A stretch of 64,000 nt of DNA from the human T2T-CHM13v2.0 reference genome, Homo sapiens. The stretch is taken from assembly GCF_009914755.1 (NCBI RefSeq), contig NC_060933.1. The stretch is one strand, 5' to 3'. The notes below the pieces were generated by a model. It worked only from the letters and a program-made list of their open reading frames with translations, searched no databases and had not been told where the DNA came from. A program made the position numbers and the translations under genes. Of this stretch, positions 1 through 13,074 are shown piece by piece. Numbering within the stretch: the first letter of the stretch is position 1; the number at the start of each line of letters is the position of its first letter.

Positions 1-144
1 GTTGATAAGACTTTGTATGAAAGATTGAATTGTCTATCAGAGTCACATAGAAGTCAAGAAATCTAGTTTGTGATTCAACTCTCCCTCTCTGAGTGTCCTT
101 TACAAAAAATGGTCCTTAGTTTTTAAATTTCAAAATTAAGATAA

Positions 145-345
145 AACAGATAATAATGGTATGTATTGAGTGCTTGCAGTGTTCCAAATACTGCATGAGA
201 CCTTTAAAAACCATATTATGATTGATGAGAAAAATTGAGGCTTAGAAATACTAAGAGGTTTAATTAATTCAAGGCCCCACATATGGTAAACAAAAGTATT
301 GAGAATGAAACCTAGATTTTCTGGAATCCACCATTCAAGGTCTAA
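145..345 (-). mobile_element. MIR SINE, degraded
   Basis: tattgagtgcttgcagtgttcc...gatgagaaaaattgaggcttaga...caaggccccaca resembles the reverse-complement MIR core. Confidence 0.6.
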
Positions 346-2680
346 ACCCATGTGTTATTCACTTTTCAGAGCCAACGCAGAGATACAATGAGATCTTGAA
401 TGCTCTAATGCATGGCAGACTTTATAGAACTTTATAGAGCAAAGCATTGTTTTCTGAGTTGTGTCTCCTCAAGCATATTATAACTATGTTAATTATATGA
501 TTAATTATTTTTGTTAGGTTGCTTTTGTCAGTTCTTCTAACTTAATAGATATACGGTGATACGTTCACATCTACTTGGATATAATGATATAATTAAGCTT
601 TATGCTTAATGAGATTGCCATTTGAAAGACAGCAAACAAAAATGTGTAATGGTAAAACTGTTAGCTTTTATACAATTGAATTAGTATTTAAATTTGTTAT
701 TTGCTAAATCAAATTAAGACAACTAATACCATTGAGGAGGTTACTACACATCCTCTTTCTAGCACATGTATTTTCATAATTATGAGGAAAAATATTTATA
801 TAGCGAGGCACAACTTAGATTTGTTAGCAAAAGCATCAACAGTACAATACTACTTTATGGTCTGAAATGTTATGCTTTCCTATAATATAAAATTATTACA
901 TCTAAATCATCTACTAATTTTGGAAAGTTTCTAGAAATATGATTTATTTTAAAATTATTTGTGTCAAATTCTCTTTCCTCTCCCTTTAAATCATCTTATT
1001 TGCAGATTATTCTATGTGGTCTGTATCATGATGATTCTCCCCCTAGCAGGGACATTTCAGCATGCAGTGTAACCAATAAAATTTTATTTATTTTTAAGTG
1101 AGTGTGGGTAAGAGGTTATTGTTACTCAAGAGTGCCCTAAAGATTGCTCTTTACTCTTTGTACACCAAGAGTATCCCCCTGGTGCATTTTCTGGTTCTTT
1201 CCCATTTATAATCAACCTTACATTTCAGAGCAGACTTGTCTCAGGTGATTCTATTGATGAGTTTCAACTTTCTGCTAGTGGACGTATCCAATATTCCCTT
1301 ATTTTCTTTATTTTTCCTCTTCTTCCCCCCATGTACTCCTCAAATAAATCTCAGATTCCATCCATTATCCAGAATTAAGTTACATTTTCTATTTTTTGTA
1401 ATCACATAATCATTCATAGCAAAGTTTCCTGGTTACTGGAGAAAATGGAGAAGTTTCACATGCTAATTCCTTATTGTATAATGGTGGACGTTTGTTTTCT
1501 TAAATGAAGACAGACAATACAAATAATTTAGTTTCATTTAATTTATCAGTCACTTAACTACATAATAAAGCATTATCTCTGCCCTTAGCCTTATTTAGTA
1601 TTTTCTGTCCATATTTGGAACTTATTTGTAGATACACTGAATACAAAATTTTGTTCTGCTGATGTAAAGCAAAATTCCGTTGCATATCTGTATTATTATT
1701 TTTAAGTCAAGCTTTCAGAATGCAAATTTTAACACTAAAGCAAAATAATGATTAAATTTTTGCAGTCATTTGCATTTTTATAGTAACTACAAGTTTCATA
1801 CTTTTTCTCAAAGGCCTTTTCCCCCCCAGCAAACAGGTTGAAAGCCAAAGATTTACTTTTTTAACGGAATTTTGGGCTTGACTTAGATTAGTGAGAAAGA
1901 AAACAAACAGAACTGCTTTGATGATATATTGCTGTAATGCATCATCAGAGTACTGCTCATGTGGTAAACTGCAATATTAGTATAATACATCATCAAGAGT
2001 GCTGTCACTCTAAAAAAGTATGAGTGTAATACATCAGCAGCCATCACCACGCACTGCCACTTCCAACAGTGTTTAAGGAATGCTATTGTGCTACCATCTG
2101 CTAGGGCGGAATGAACAGCCTTCCTAAATGTAAGCATAATTGATTAATTTTATTATGAACTTGTCTTGAGAAACCCACTTGTGTCTTATCAACGTTCATT
2201 AGCTTATCTTCTCCTTCTGTTCTTTATTGTACCATATTTGCAATTTACTCTGTGAGATAAAGCATTTAAGAAACTGCCTTAGCGTTTCACTTTCATTCTC
2301 CAAGTTTTCAGACAGTAGTTAGCACTCCAATATTAAATAAGTAAGCATATAGAGAACAATTGATAGGCACCATATTGGCATATTTCTAACAAAGCTTTAT
2401 GCTACTGGACTCTTTCTAACCAAGCCTTTTCAAAAGAGCTTCTGGTATCCACAGTAAATTCTTCAAAAATAAAACCAAAAACTTCCTAAAGTCCTGGGCA
2501 TGTATTTTATGTAAATGATTCCTTCTCCATACATGTCACTAAACATTTCCCCGTTATAATTTTCCACTCCCCAATTAAAAGAAAAAATCTTCCTTTCTAA
2601 TTACCTCTATTCATTATCTTTTCAGGAATTCAGTTATCTAATTTAGTATTTTTTAGTGATTTCCCTTCAGTGATAGGTGT

Positions 2681-3073
2681 TGTGTTAGTCCATTCTCGCA
2701 CTGCTATAAAGAATACCTGAGACTGAGTAATTTATAAAGAAAAGAGGTTTAATTGACTCACAGTTCCACAGGCTGTATAGGAGGCACGGCTGGGGAGGTC
2801 TCAGGAAACTTACAGTCATGGTGGAGGTGAAGGAGAAGCAAGCACATCTTCATGGCGGGAGCAGGAGGAAGGGAGAGTGAAGGGGGAGGTGCTATACACT
2901 TTCAAACGAGCAGATCTCCTGAGAAGTTCATCATGAGACAGCACTAGTGGAATAGTGCTAACCCATTAGAAACCACCCACAGGATCCAATCACTTCCCAC
3001 CAGGCCACACCGCCAACACTGGGAGTTAAAATTCAACATGAGATTTGGATGGGGACACAGCCAAACTGTATCA
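2681..3073 (-). mobile_element. MSTA-type ERVL-MaLR solo LTR
   Basis: tgtgttagtcc...ccaaactgtatca termini, typical MST body, perfect 5-bp TSD GGTGT at 2676-2680 and 3074-3078. Confidence 0.9.
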
Positions 3074-3214
3074 GGTGTCTTTTAACTTCTTATGACAGTC
3101 GAATAGTCTGAGTGATTTGCAATTTTTATATAACTCCTTTCCAAGCTGCTTTTAAGGATTGTGCTTCATATTTGTTCATAAAAATATGTGCATTTTGATG
3201 CTGTGGTACTCAGG

Positions 3215-3620
3215 TATATTTGTCCATTTTTGTATTGCTCTAAAGGAATATCTGAGACTGGGTCATTGATAAAGAAAAGAGGTTTAATTGGAAGGCTGTA
3301 CAAGAAGCATGTGCTGGCATGTCTTTGGCTTCTGGTGATGCCTTAGGGCATTTTTACTCATGGCAGAAGGTGAAGCAGGAGCAGGCAAGTCACATGGCTA
3401 ATGAGAAAGCGAAAGAAATGGAGGCGCTACACTCTTTTAAACATCAAGATCTTACAAAAACTGAAAGCAAAAACTCACTCTCAGTGCAAGGACAGCACCA
3501 AGCTATTCATGAGGAATCTGCCCCCATGATCCAAACACCTCCCACCATGCCCTACCTCCAATATTAGGGATTACATTTCCACATGAGCTCTGGAGGGGTT
3601 GAAACATCTAAACTATATCA
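3215..3620 (-). mobile_element. MSTB-type ERVL-MaLR solo LTR
   Basis: aagaagcatgtgctggcat...ggcttctggtga and gatccaaacacctcccacca motifs; ends aaactatatca. Confidence 0.85.
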
Positions 3621-3719
3621 CAAAGCCTGAAAGCAAACTCTTATGTGGGCTTTTCTAAAAAAAATCACTTATTTTCTACCTGTTTGTCTTTTCATCTCAG
3701 CTAATTAATGACATCTCAG

Positions 3720-4430
3720 AAATATTTAAATGAACTGAGTATTAGATATTAAAAATTATTATAAATTTTATGTGTCTGTGGTATCACAATTATGTTGGAG
3801 AATTTTTCTTATTATTCAGATGTGTTATGAATTTTTAGGGATGAATTGTCAGGACCTATACTTTAAAATGTCTTAGCACTATTATTAATAAATATTTGGA
3901 TACATATATAGAGATTTTAATTAAACATAGCAAAATGCTAGCAATTAGCAAAAATAAATATTGAGTAAATAGGTGTTAATTGTATTATTTCTTTTTACTT
4001 TTTTATATTTAAAACTTTTCCAAAAATGTTGCACAAAAATAAAGAAACATAAGACAAAGTAATAAGAAGACTGTGTTTGAATCCTACTGCAAAAAACAAA
4101 TGTATAACTATTTTGCGAACAATTAGTAACATTTGAAAATATATTGAGTCTTAACTGAAATTAAGGAGGCACTAATTTATTAGGCATGATAATTGTACAG
4201 TATTGGGGATGTCCTTAATTTAAAAGATACATACTAATGTGTTTGGGGGATGAAATGATGTGATTTTGTAGTTTAATTTTAAATACTGATGAGCAAAATA
4301 ATTCAGTATATTAGTAATTAATAATCACTTGTATTCTTAATTGGTTACTTTTCTCAGTAATTAATATTAACATTTGTGAAAGGTATATAGTGGTTCATTG
4401 TTTTCTGAATTTTAAAAATTCACACATTCC
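3720..4430 (+). mobile_element. Ancient L1M (L1MC/L1ME-like) 3' UTR fragments, two pieces
   Basis: Two stretches like gtccttaatttaaaagatacatactaatgtgtttgggggatgaaatgatgtg and tttttagggatgaattgtcagg, typical of old L1M 3' ends. Confidence 0.5.
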
Positions 4431-4579
4431 TACTAAAAAAATAGAGTACCCTTTCTCCACCTAAATTTCAAAGATTAAGAACAGAGATTTCCAATTATTG
4501 TTTAATTGTCTCAAGATATTTGGCTGGTCCCTTCAGATGCATTTAGTTTTGTATAAAAAATGAAATTTCTGAAAATATG

Positions 4580-4715
4580 TCATTAATTATATCTCCAGAT
4601 AAGAAAATTGATGTTTAAAGGGGTTAAGTAATGAGTTAAAGGTTACACAGCTGCTATGCAGGAGAACTAGCAAGTGGGTCAACTACACCTTTGTTTCCTG
4701 CTATCTATCTGGAAT
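4580..4715 (-). mobile_element. MIR SINE fragment
   Basis: cagataagaaaattgatgtttaaaggggttaagtaa...aaggttacacagct matches the MIR core. Confidence 0.6.
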
Positions 4716-5684
4716 TTACAGTATTTTAGCATCACTTATCTAGGACATTTCGTTGGTCTTAGGGCAGTGGATAAAGAAACATGACACACCCCCAGCTACT
4801 CTGAAAACTTCTGCTCAGAAAAGACATGATTCCTATTATTCACGCACACACTTTATTGGAAAAGTTATATAGCCAAGAGTGTCGTTAAACAGGAGAAGAT
4901 AATATAATGCTCGTACAGAAAATAACATGTCAGGTAGGGAATCAGGACTATTTGGTGAATTAGTACTGCTACATATCACAAGCTTATATGAAAATTATTG
5001 AGCATAATCATAACAAACATTATTGCTAACTTATACAAAACACATATGGTATTAGAGAATAACAAGAAATATTAAACGAGTCACATCTACAGTGCTGTGC
5101 ACTCTACTGAAGTAGGAATTATTGTTTTATCATTTATTACATCAATTTTTGTACATTGGTTTCCTGCCAAAATTTGGCATTTAGGAGAAAAGGGATTACA
5201 GGTTTTACAAATTTAAAAAATCATTTTCTTTACATAAAATCCCTTGAATCCACCCTACTTTGTATAAAATATTATTAAAATTTGCATGTACTGTAAATGT
5301 CTTTTGCTGAGGTAAGGAATACATACTATTCCAAATAAATGCTAAGATGGAATATAATTATTACTTTTGTATAAATCTTATGGATTACAGAGTAAAAGAT
5401 TGAATTCCAGAAAACCAATTGGTGGTTCATATTTTTTAAATGTTTTTCATATATTTATCAAGAAAATGAATATTTTGTGTATATAATAATACATTTAATA
5501 GATGAAAATAAAGTGTATTATAAATTGAAACACTTTTTGTATAATTTTGACTACAGATGAAATAAATTATGTTTGCAATTTAATTAAGTTAAAAATTTTT
5601 GGAAGAATTATTGTTTAAAACCATTCATATTCACATATGTGTTAGAAACAGAAAAAATAATATTAGAAATAAAAACGTATGCAC

Positions 5685-6200
5685 ACATTTATTTATTGAG
5701 CCCATGCCATAGGTCACACTGTGTTTAGATTCTGGAAATAAAATAGTACGTAAGACACAGGCTTGTTCTCTATTAGATGGTACTGTATAAGGAAGAACAC
5801 AAGATTGTGGTTAGTTTCAATAGTGTGTGATAAATGGTATGTTATAGACTACTCTGAAAACGTGGATAAGCAGAAGCTGATGCAATCTTGGGTCATTTAC
5901 TGAGAATGCTGAATTAGATTATATCCAATAAGAAATATAAAAAGTGAACAAAAATCATTTCTGTGAAAATTAGGGAAAGATTGGGTAATGCTGTTTAAGT
6001 CACGGTAAATAGATTTTGCAAAGTTATCAAGTTAAAATAGGTACTTTCTGAGACTTCAAATCATTCCCTATGGCTAGATGTTTAATTCAGAAACTAGGCT
6101 AAGGAAAAAGGGGGGAAACTGAGTTAAAGAACCAACGACTAGCAATGTCAAAATTGGGAATACAAGGAGCTATTAAAAGACTTTAAACTAGCGTGATGGA
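5685..6200 (-). mobile_element. L2 LINE 3' fragment
   Basis: atttatttattgagcccatgccataggtcacactgtgtttagattctggaaataaaatagt is the reverse-complement L2 3' end. Confidence 0.6.
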
Positions 6201-6905
6201 TTATCATATTTGAATAAATATTAGAATGCTTCCTTTCTATATTCAGTTTACTTAGAGAAATCTCAGATGTGATAAAGTAGTCAGAACTACTAGAACTAGG
6301 TGTAAAATGGCATTTCTGACCACAATGAGGATTGCAAAAAAAAATGCTTGCATGTAGTCATTAAAATGATTTTTTACCTTTTCATAATCTTGATAACTGA
6401 ATAGAAAAATTAGCTGTTTTTTAAAAATAATTGTTTCATATTTCATAAGAATGCATCTGTTTAAGACACTTCAGAACAGTGTATGATATTTTGCTCAGGG
6501 CTATCATTTACAATGTTACTCTGAGAAACTTTCCAAAGACTTGCATGCATTCTAATTATTTGCTTCTTTATACATTTTTATATTTTCACTTTATTCTCAT
6601 CATTGTGTGTTAACTTTTGCTTTCTTTAAAGTTAGATGAGAAGAAATATTTCATATTGTTTCAAGAAAACAAATTTCAAAATTGAAATGGGATCATAATA
6701 ATGCTACATTAAATTCATTTAGCACTACAGGGAAATAATATGCTTTTCAATAACCTATTTTCCTGATAGAGTAAATGACATAAAGACCATTTACATATAA
6801 AAGGTTTTTAGTATTTTTCCAAGTATGTAAAATTGTATATAAAATTTACTATCTCTTTAATAGCCTGTAATCTATAATATATTAAAAATAAAATATTAAT
6901 AATTG

Positions 6906-7220
<315 letters not shown>

Positions 7221-7512
7221 TTATTACTGATTTCATTATTGATAGCTAGGAGTCATCATGGATACTGAATATTAATTCTATCATGATATCAAGTATTTCA
7301 TTATGTATAATTGAGATTTATAAGGTATTTCTTCCTTTTGTTTATGCTGAGAGTTTTGTTCTTCTTTCCTACTCTAGTTTTTTCTTCTTTCTTTCTTACC
7401 TTATTTTTAATATTTGGAATGAGGCTTCATTGATCTCAGGCCCTAGTATTGTTGTCAGGTTCTTAGCATATCCTTTTTTGTTGACATCATTGCATGCCCT
7501 TCTGTGGGTTCC

Positions 7513-8359
7513 TGTTATCAATTTAATTGTGTCACTCAAAAATAAATAAATAAATAAATAAATAAATACGTTGAAGTCCTAAGCCCAGTACCCTAAAATG
7601 TGACTTTATTTGGAAATAGGATCTTCACATAGTGTCTTACACTATGTGGGCAGCTATAATAAAATACCAAAAACTGAGTAGCTAATAAACAGCAACGATT
7701 TATTTTTCACAGTTATGCAGGCTGGGAAGCCCAAGATCAAGGCACCAGTGGCATCTAGTGAAAACCAGTTTCCTCAAAGATAGAACTTCTAGCTGTGTCC
7801 CCACTTAGGGGAGGGGGCTAGCTAGTTCTCTGGGGTCTCTTCTATAAAGGTATTAACCCCAATAATGAGGGTGGTACCTCATGATCTAATCATATTCCCA
7901 GGGCCCCACCTCCTAATACCATCACATTCAAGATTAGGATTTAATACATGAATGTGAGGAGGACACAAACATTTAGATTTTAGCACAGAGGAAATGTAGT
8001 TAAAATGATGTGATTAAGGTGGGACTTAATATTATATGACTGGTGTCCTCATGAAAGAGGTAAATTTGAACACAAAGCAGACATGCACAAAGGGAAGATG
8101 ATGTGAAGATGGCCATGTAATGATGGAGCGGACATTGGACTGATGCAGCTGCAAGCCAAGTAATGCCAATCATTGATAGCCACCACCAGAGCTAGGAAAA
8201 GGCCAGGAAGAATTCTATCTGGAGTCTCACAGAGAGCCTGGTCGTGCTGATACCTTGATTGTGGCCTTTAAGACTCCAGAATTGTAAGACAATACATTTC
8301 TGTTGTTTTAGGCCATAACATTTGTGGGATTTTGTTATGGTGGTCCTAGCAAACTAAGA
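7513..8359 (+). mobile_element. MLT1C-like MaLR LTR interrupted by a nested LTR; contains (TAAA)n at about 7540-7567
   Basis: gttgaagtcctaa...gtgactttatttggaaatagg on the left; gcagctgcaagccaag...ccagaattgtaagacaatacatttctgttg on the right. Confidence 0.8.
7633..7985 (-). mobile_element. MLT1A0-like MaLR LTR nested in MLT1C
   Basis: tgtctta...ggacacaaacatttagattttagca termini; degenerate 5-bp TSD catag/cagag. Confidence 0.8.
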
Positions 8360-9819
8360 TTTTCTTTTGTATGTTTACATGAAGTTGCATACTGAAAACT
8401 AGACTTTTTTTTTTAAAGGGCTTTTTAGGATTCTTTGTAAAACATTGGTAAATGGGTTTCAAGTAAATTTAAAGAGTGTTCTTACAATTTATTTTTTATA
8501 ATACAATTTATGTAGTCATATTTATTAAATTTACGTAATGCTAGTTTCAGAAAGGATAAAATTCAGACAAATAGAATTTAATGAGTTCATATAGAGGTCA
8601 TTTTTGTGATCATACACCAAGGAGGGTTAATTATGAAAAGAGAAAAATTTGTGCAAACGTCAGTTATGCTTTTTGAAATAACCTGTTTAATGTAAAACAA
8701 AAGTCAACGATATGGAATGTGAGAGTTTTCACAACAATTACTTAAAACATGCTGTTTGACCAGTACTTTAATAAGAGAGAATTATGTTAAGTTATGTTAT
8801 ATAATTAAATATGTTAAATAAAAATTTAATATAACATTTTAGAGGTTAAAAAAATTTTGTAGTGATATCTTAATGAAATAGAATTCTAAGGTTTGATTTA
8901 ACATAGATTATCATATACAAGATTAAATAATATTGAACATATTGTCTTTATTCCTGGAAGAAAATAAAAGAAAAAGTAATTATACAGAGTATCAGTAACT
9001 TAAAAAGAGAATTCAAAATAATAATTTAGATTGAACAAACTCATTGAAAAACATTGTCTAGTTACTAGTTTCCCTCTGGCACTCTTACACATGTGCTCTA
9101 CATTTGTAAATATTCAAGTTCATCTATTCTTTTATATGTGCAATTATATATAAAACTTATCTAATTGAATGCAATTTCATTAGATAATATTTTCCATTTC
9201 TGCTATAAAGTAATGACTCCTAGGTAATTCATATTGCATTATTAAAATAAATTAAATTAAAATAACATGTTAAAATACCATAATAGAAATACAAATATTT
9301 TTCAATTAAATATGTTTTAAAATTCATCAACAATTGAAAATGATTTTATATTTCAACATGGTATTATAACTTTAATAGTATAAACATTTCCTGACTATAA
9401 AGATCATTGCTATGAAATTTTTTTGAGTTCCTGCTGTGGCAGAAGTTCATAAGCTTGACTTAGTGGTCATTTTAAAAGTCTTCCCTTCTTTAGCTGCTGT
9501 GATCTCTGAATTTCAGAAGCATATAATGTCACAAAGAACGAATGATTTGCTAATGCTCAGTTCAAAGGGACAGCATTTGAGGAAAACTGACATGGATAGA
9601 AAAGAAACACATTAGATGTTCATAAAGTTTTGCCCCTAATGGGATAGTCTCAATTCCATTTCTTAAGTATATAAAATATTAATATTTATATGATGAAAAA
9701 CCCTATAAAATGAAATTGTTATTGCATTTGAAAAACAAACAATGTATTTTCGATAGTTGGTGGATCTATGACAAATCTGTATGGAAAATTAAGCAAAATC
9801 TCTTCCATAAGAAAATATG

Positions 9820-10116
9820 GGCCAGGCACAGTGGCTCACACTGGTAATCCCAGTACTTTGTGGGAGGTAAAAGAATCCTTTGAGTCCAGGAGTTGAGACC
9901 ATCCTAAGCAATACAGTGAGATCTCATCTCTACAAAACATTAAAAAATTTGCTAAGCATTGTGGCATGCACCTGCAATCTCAGTTTCCTAGGAGGCTGAT
10001 GTGGGAGGATGACTTGAGCCTGGAAGGCACTGGCTGCAGTGAGTCAGGATAGCGTCACTGCCCTCCAGCCTGGGTGACAGAGCAAGACTCCAAAAAAAAA
10101 AAAAAAAAAAAAAAAA
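9820..10116 (+). mobile_element. AluJ, followed by (GGAA)n to about 10152
   Basis: Dimeric Alu with J-type gggaggatgacttgagcc and ggctgcagtgag; long poly(A). Confidence 0.92.
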
Positions 10117-12276
10117 GGCAGGAAGGATGGAAGGAAAGAAGGAAGGAAGGAAGATGAACCCTGACACATGTCAATCTACATTAAAGTTTTGATCCCCATT
10201 AAGAGCGATATTATAATGAAAGTTGGATCATTCTGATGATAGTTTCTCAAAGAAAGAAATGTCACAGGATTTCCCTCTGTGAAGGACATCTGTTAATTTT
10301 TATTACCCATCATCTATTCTGCTTTAAGATAACAAACTGTGATATTTCAATAGGAAACATCTCTCCCTGAATCATAGCACATTTGGTGTGGGTATATTTA
10401 ACTTCTTTCACACATTCAACATTCAACATTGAAAATATTATCTTACTAATCAGAGCATTGTATCTCCCTGGTCACAGTGGTTGCTCAAAGATGACATATA
10501 ATCTAATCTATGATGATATGCCTCCAAATAGGACTTTTATGAAATTATTGTAGTGAGTCTTTCTTCTAAGATTATTCATGATAAAAGTGGTGAAATCTTG
10601 ATCGTGCTGTGACTCCCATGTATGGCTTGAGATAATGAAAATAAAAATGAAACAATTGCCAGAGATGAAACTAGATCCTGTGGATGAACATCGTTACTGC
10701 CTTTGGATCCATCTGGAAAATTTCACCTATTCTATTGTCATAGATATCCAATATCACATTTACTAATACGCACTGGTATCCTAATGTCTTTATGAATAGC
10801 CAGGTTTGAAAGTAGGTGGCTGGAAGGGATGAGAGACCTGGGAAATTGACCTTAGATTCCTCCATGCAGGAAGCACTAGGAATGTGCTACAGCCCTTTTC
10901 TATTTGTTTTCCCTATTTTGATTATTCTGTGCTTTGGAAGAATCCAGGACCTGTTTTTGAGGTTTCCTATAACTCCAGCCAGCCCACTTTCAGGCATGGC
11001 CGAAAACCATTCCTGAAAGTATTAGGAACACTACTACACATAATTAAAGGCAAATAGGGTCTCCATAATAGTTGACAGAGGTCGGTAGGGTCTAATGACA
11101 CCCATAAAATAGTAAGGAGAGCTTTTCAAACTGGGTCTTCAAGCCATCAGGTAGCATTAATTGGAGTTTTCTTTTTGTTGACTTTCAAGGGCAGGGTTTC
11201 CTGGCCTTTATCTCAGAGATGCTAATGATACATATCGTTTACTATATGAGTATGTTTACTACATTGTCAACCAAATCATCTTGGAGAGAATCATGAAATA
11301 ATGTAACCAGATTTTCTTACAAGAAAACTCCAGTAAAAGTAGAAATCTAATTAAGCATAATTTATGTTTGTTAATAATGTTTCACTAATTTAGAAATGCA
11401 TTTCATTCTTTTTTCCTATATTGTCTTTAGTGCGTATTAGTTAATTGGGCTCTGAGAAATCTACAGTAAAAGGCAAAATTGTATAAATATGTTCAAAGGT
11501 TAGACAACTTAATGTATTTGACCAGGAAACATTTTTTTTCTACAAACACTATCTTTAAGAAGGGTATTCCTTTATCTAAAAATTGGGAATTAACTCACCT
11601 GAAGATCCAACAAATACCATTATAACTGTCTTTTCACATGTGCATTTCCTGACCTGTTTTGCCCAACTGAAATGTACCAGACCATTAACTTGTTTTTACC
11701 AATTTCACAACATGTATTTCTCCACCCCTCACTTTTAGGATTACAGAAAAAAATGTCACCTTAAATTTCCATTGTGCCATATGAAGTAAGATAATATTTT
11801 TACTGCTATATTTGATCCCTAAAACAAACTAATTTCATGCACCCCAGGAGATAGGTACAAAAATTTATCAGACTATAAGAAGAAAAACATTAGAATTTAT
11901 ATTTTTATGTATTTTTATCTTTATTTTGCTTAAATTGTCTAATGTTCTTAATAGATTAGCACAGTAGTACATGGACATAAAATACATACACTTACGGTGA
12001 GGTTGTGTACACAGCTTTTTTACCAACAGGATAGATGGCGTACAGTTTGGATAATATTTCCATAAAAAAGCAAAATCATTTTCCTTTAATCAGAATAATA
12101 TTTCCCTTTTCATTTCATTACACAATTATTCAATAAATATTTAAAACCCACTATGTACCAATAATACACTATATGATTGTATGTATACCATATATGATAA
12201 AACAGAACAAAACGAAACTAAAACATCACAAATCTCTAGCTTCAGCAGCATTCTGAGAGGTTCCACAGATGTGTTT

Positions 12277-12303
12277 CTTGCTTTAACAGTATTTTGACAG
12301 AGC
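12277..12303 (+). promoter_or_regulatory. Decayed iron-responsive element (IRE) of the FTL 5' UTR
   Basis: cttgC-tttaa-CAGTAT-tttga-cagagc versus FTL cttgC-ttcaa-CAGTGT-ttgga-cggaac; loop G>A and upper-stem mismatch. Confidence 0.85.
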
Positions 12304-12487
12304 ATACCTGGGGACTCCCTCTCTTCCAGCCTTTGACCAACCTCCAATCTCCTCTCCACTTGCAAACTCCAAGACTATCTTCTCAGCCATCTCCTGCTTC
12401 TGAGACCAGCCAACACTGCTTTGCGGCCTTCTTGATGACCAACCATGAGACAATGAGCTCCCAGATTCATGAGAATTATTCAACCCA

Positions 12488-13074
12488 GGGAGTGTAAATT
12501 AGTTCAGCTGCTATGGAAAGCATATTGGCGATTTCTCAAAGAACTTAAAACAGAACTACGATTTAACCCGGAAATCCCATTACTGGATTTGTACCCAAAG
12601 GAAAATAGATATGTACCCAAAGGAAAAAGACACATGTCCTTGTATGTACATCTCTGTGCTATTCACAATATCAAAGACATAGAATCAACCCAGGGCCCCA
12701 TCAACGATAGATTGGGTATAGAAAATGTGATATGTATATATCATGAGATACTACACAGCCATAAAAAGAATCAAGTCATGTCCTTTGCAGCAACATGGAT
12801 GCAGCTGGAGGCCATTATCCTAAGCAAATTAATGAAGGAACAGAAAACCAAATATAGCATGTTTTCACTTATAAGTGGGAGCTAAACATTGAGCACACAT
12901 GCACATAATCATGGGAACAACAGAGACTGCACACTACTAGGGGGCATAGAGAGGGCAGAGGGTGTGAGTTGAAAAACCACCTATTGGATACTATGCTCAG
13001 TACTTGGGTGCAACATACTCGTGAAAGGAACGTGCACATGTAATCCTTGTCTAAAACATAAATTGAAATAAAAG
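12488..13074 (+). mobile_element. 5'-truncated L1PA15-17-like element inserted in the FTL pseudogene
   Basis: ORF2 C-terminus (WMQLEAIILSKL...MFSLISGS), 3' UTR gttgaaaaaccacctattgg, A-rich tail; degenerate TSD gaattattcaaccc / aaaatattccacca derived from FTL coding sequence. Confidence 0.9.

Noticed and set aside
10450-12060. Possible old MLT1, MER5 and Charlie fragments
   Set aside because: Too degraded to assign family or boundaries by eye.
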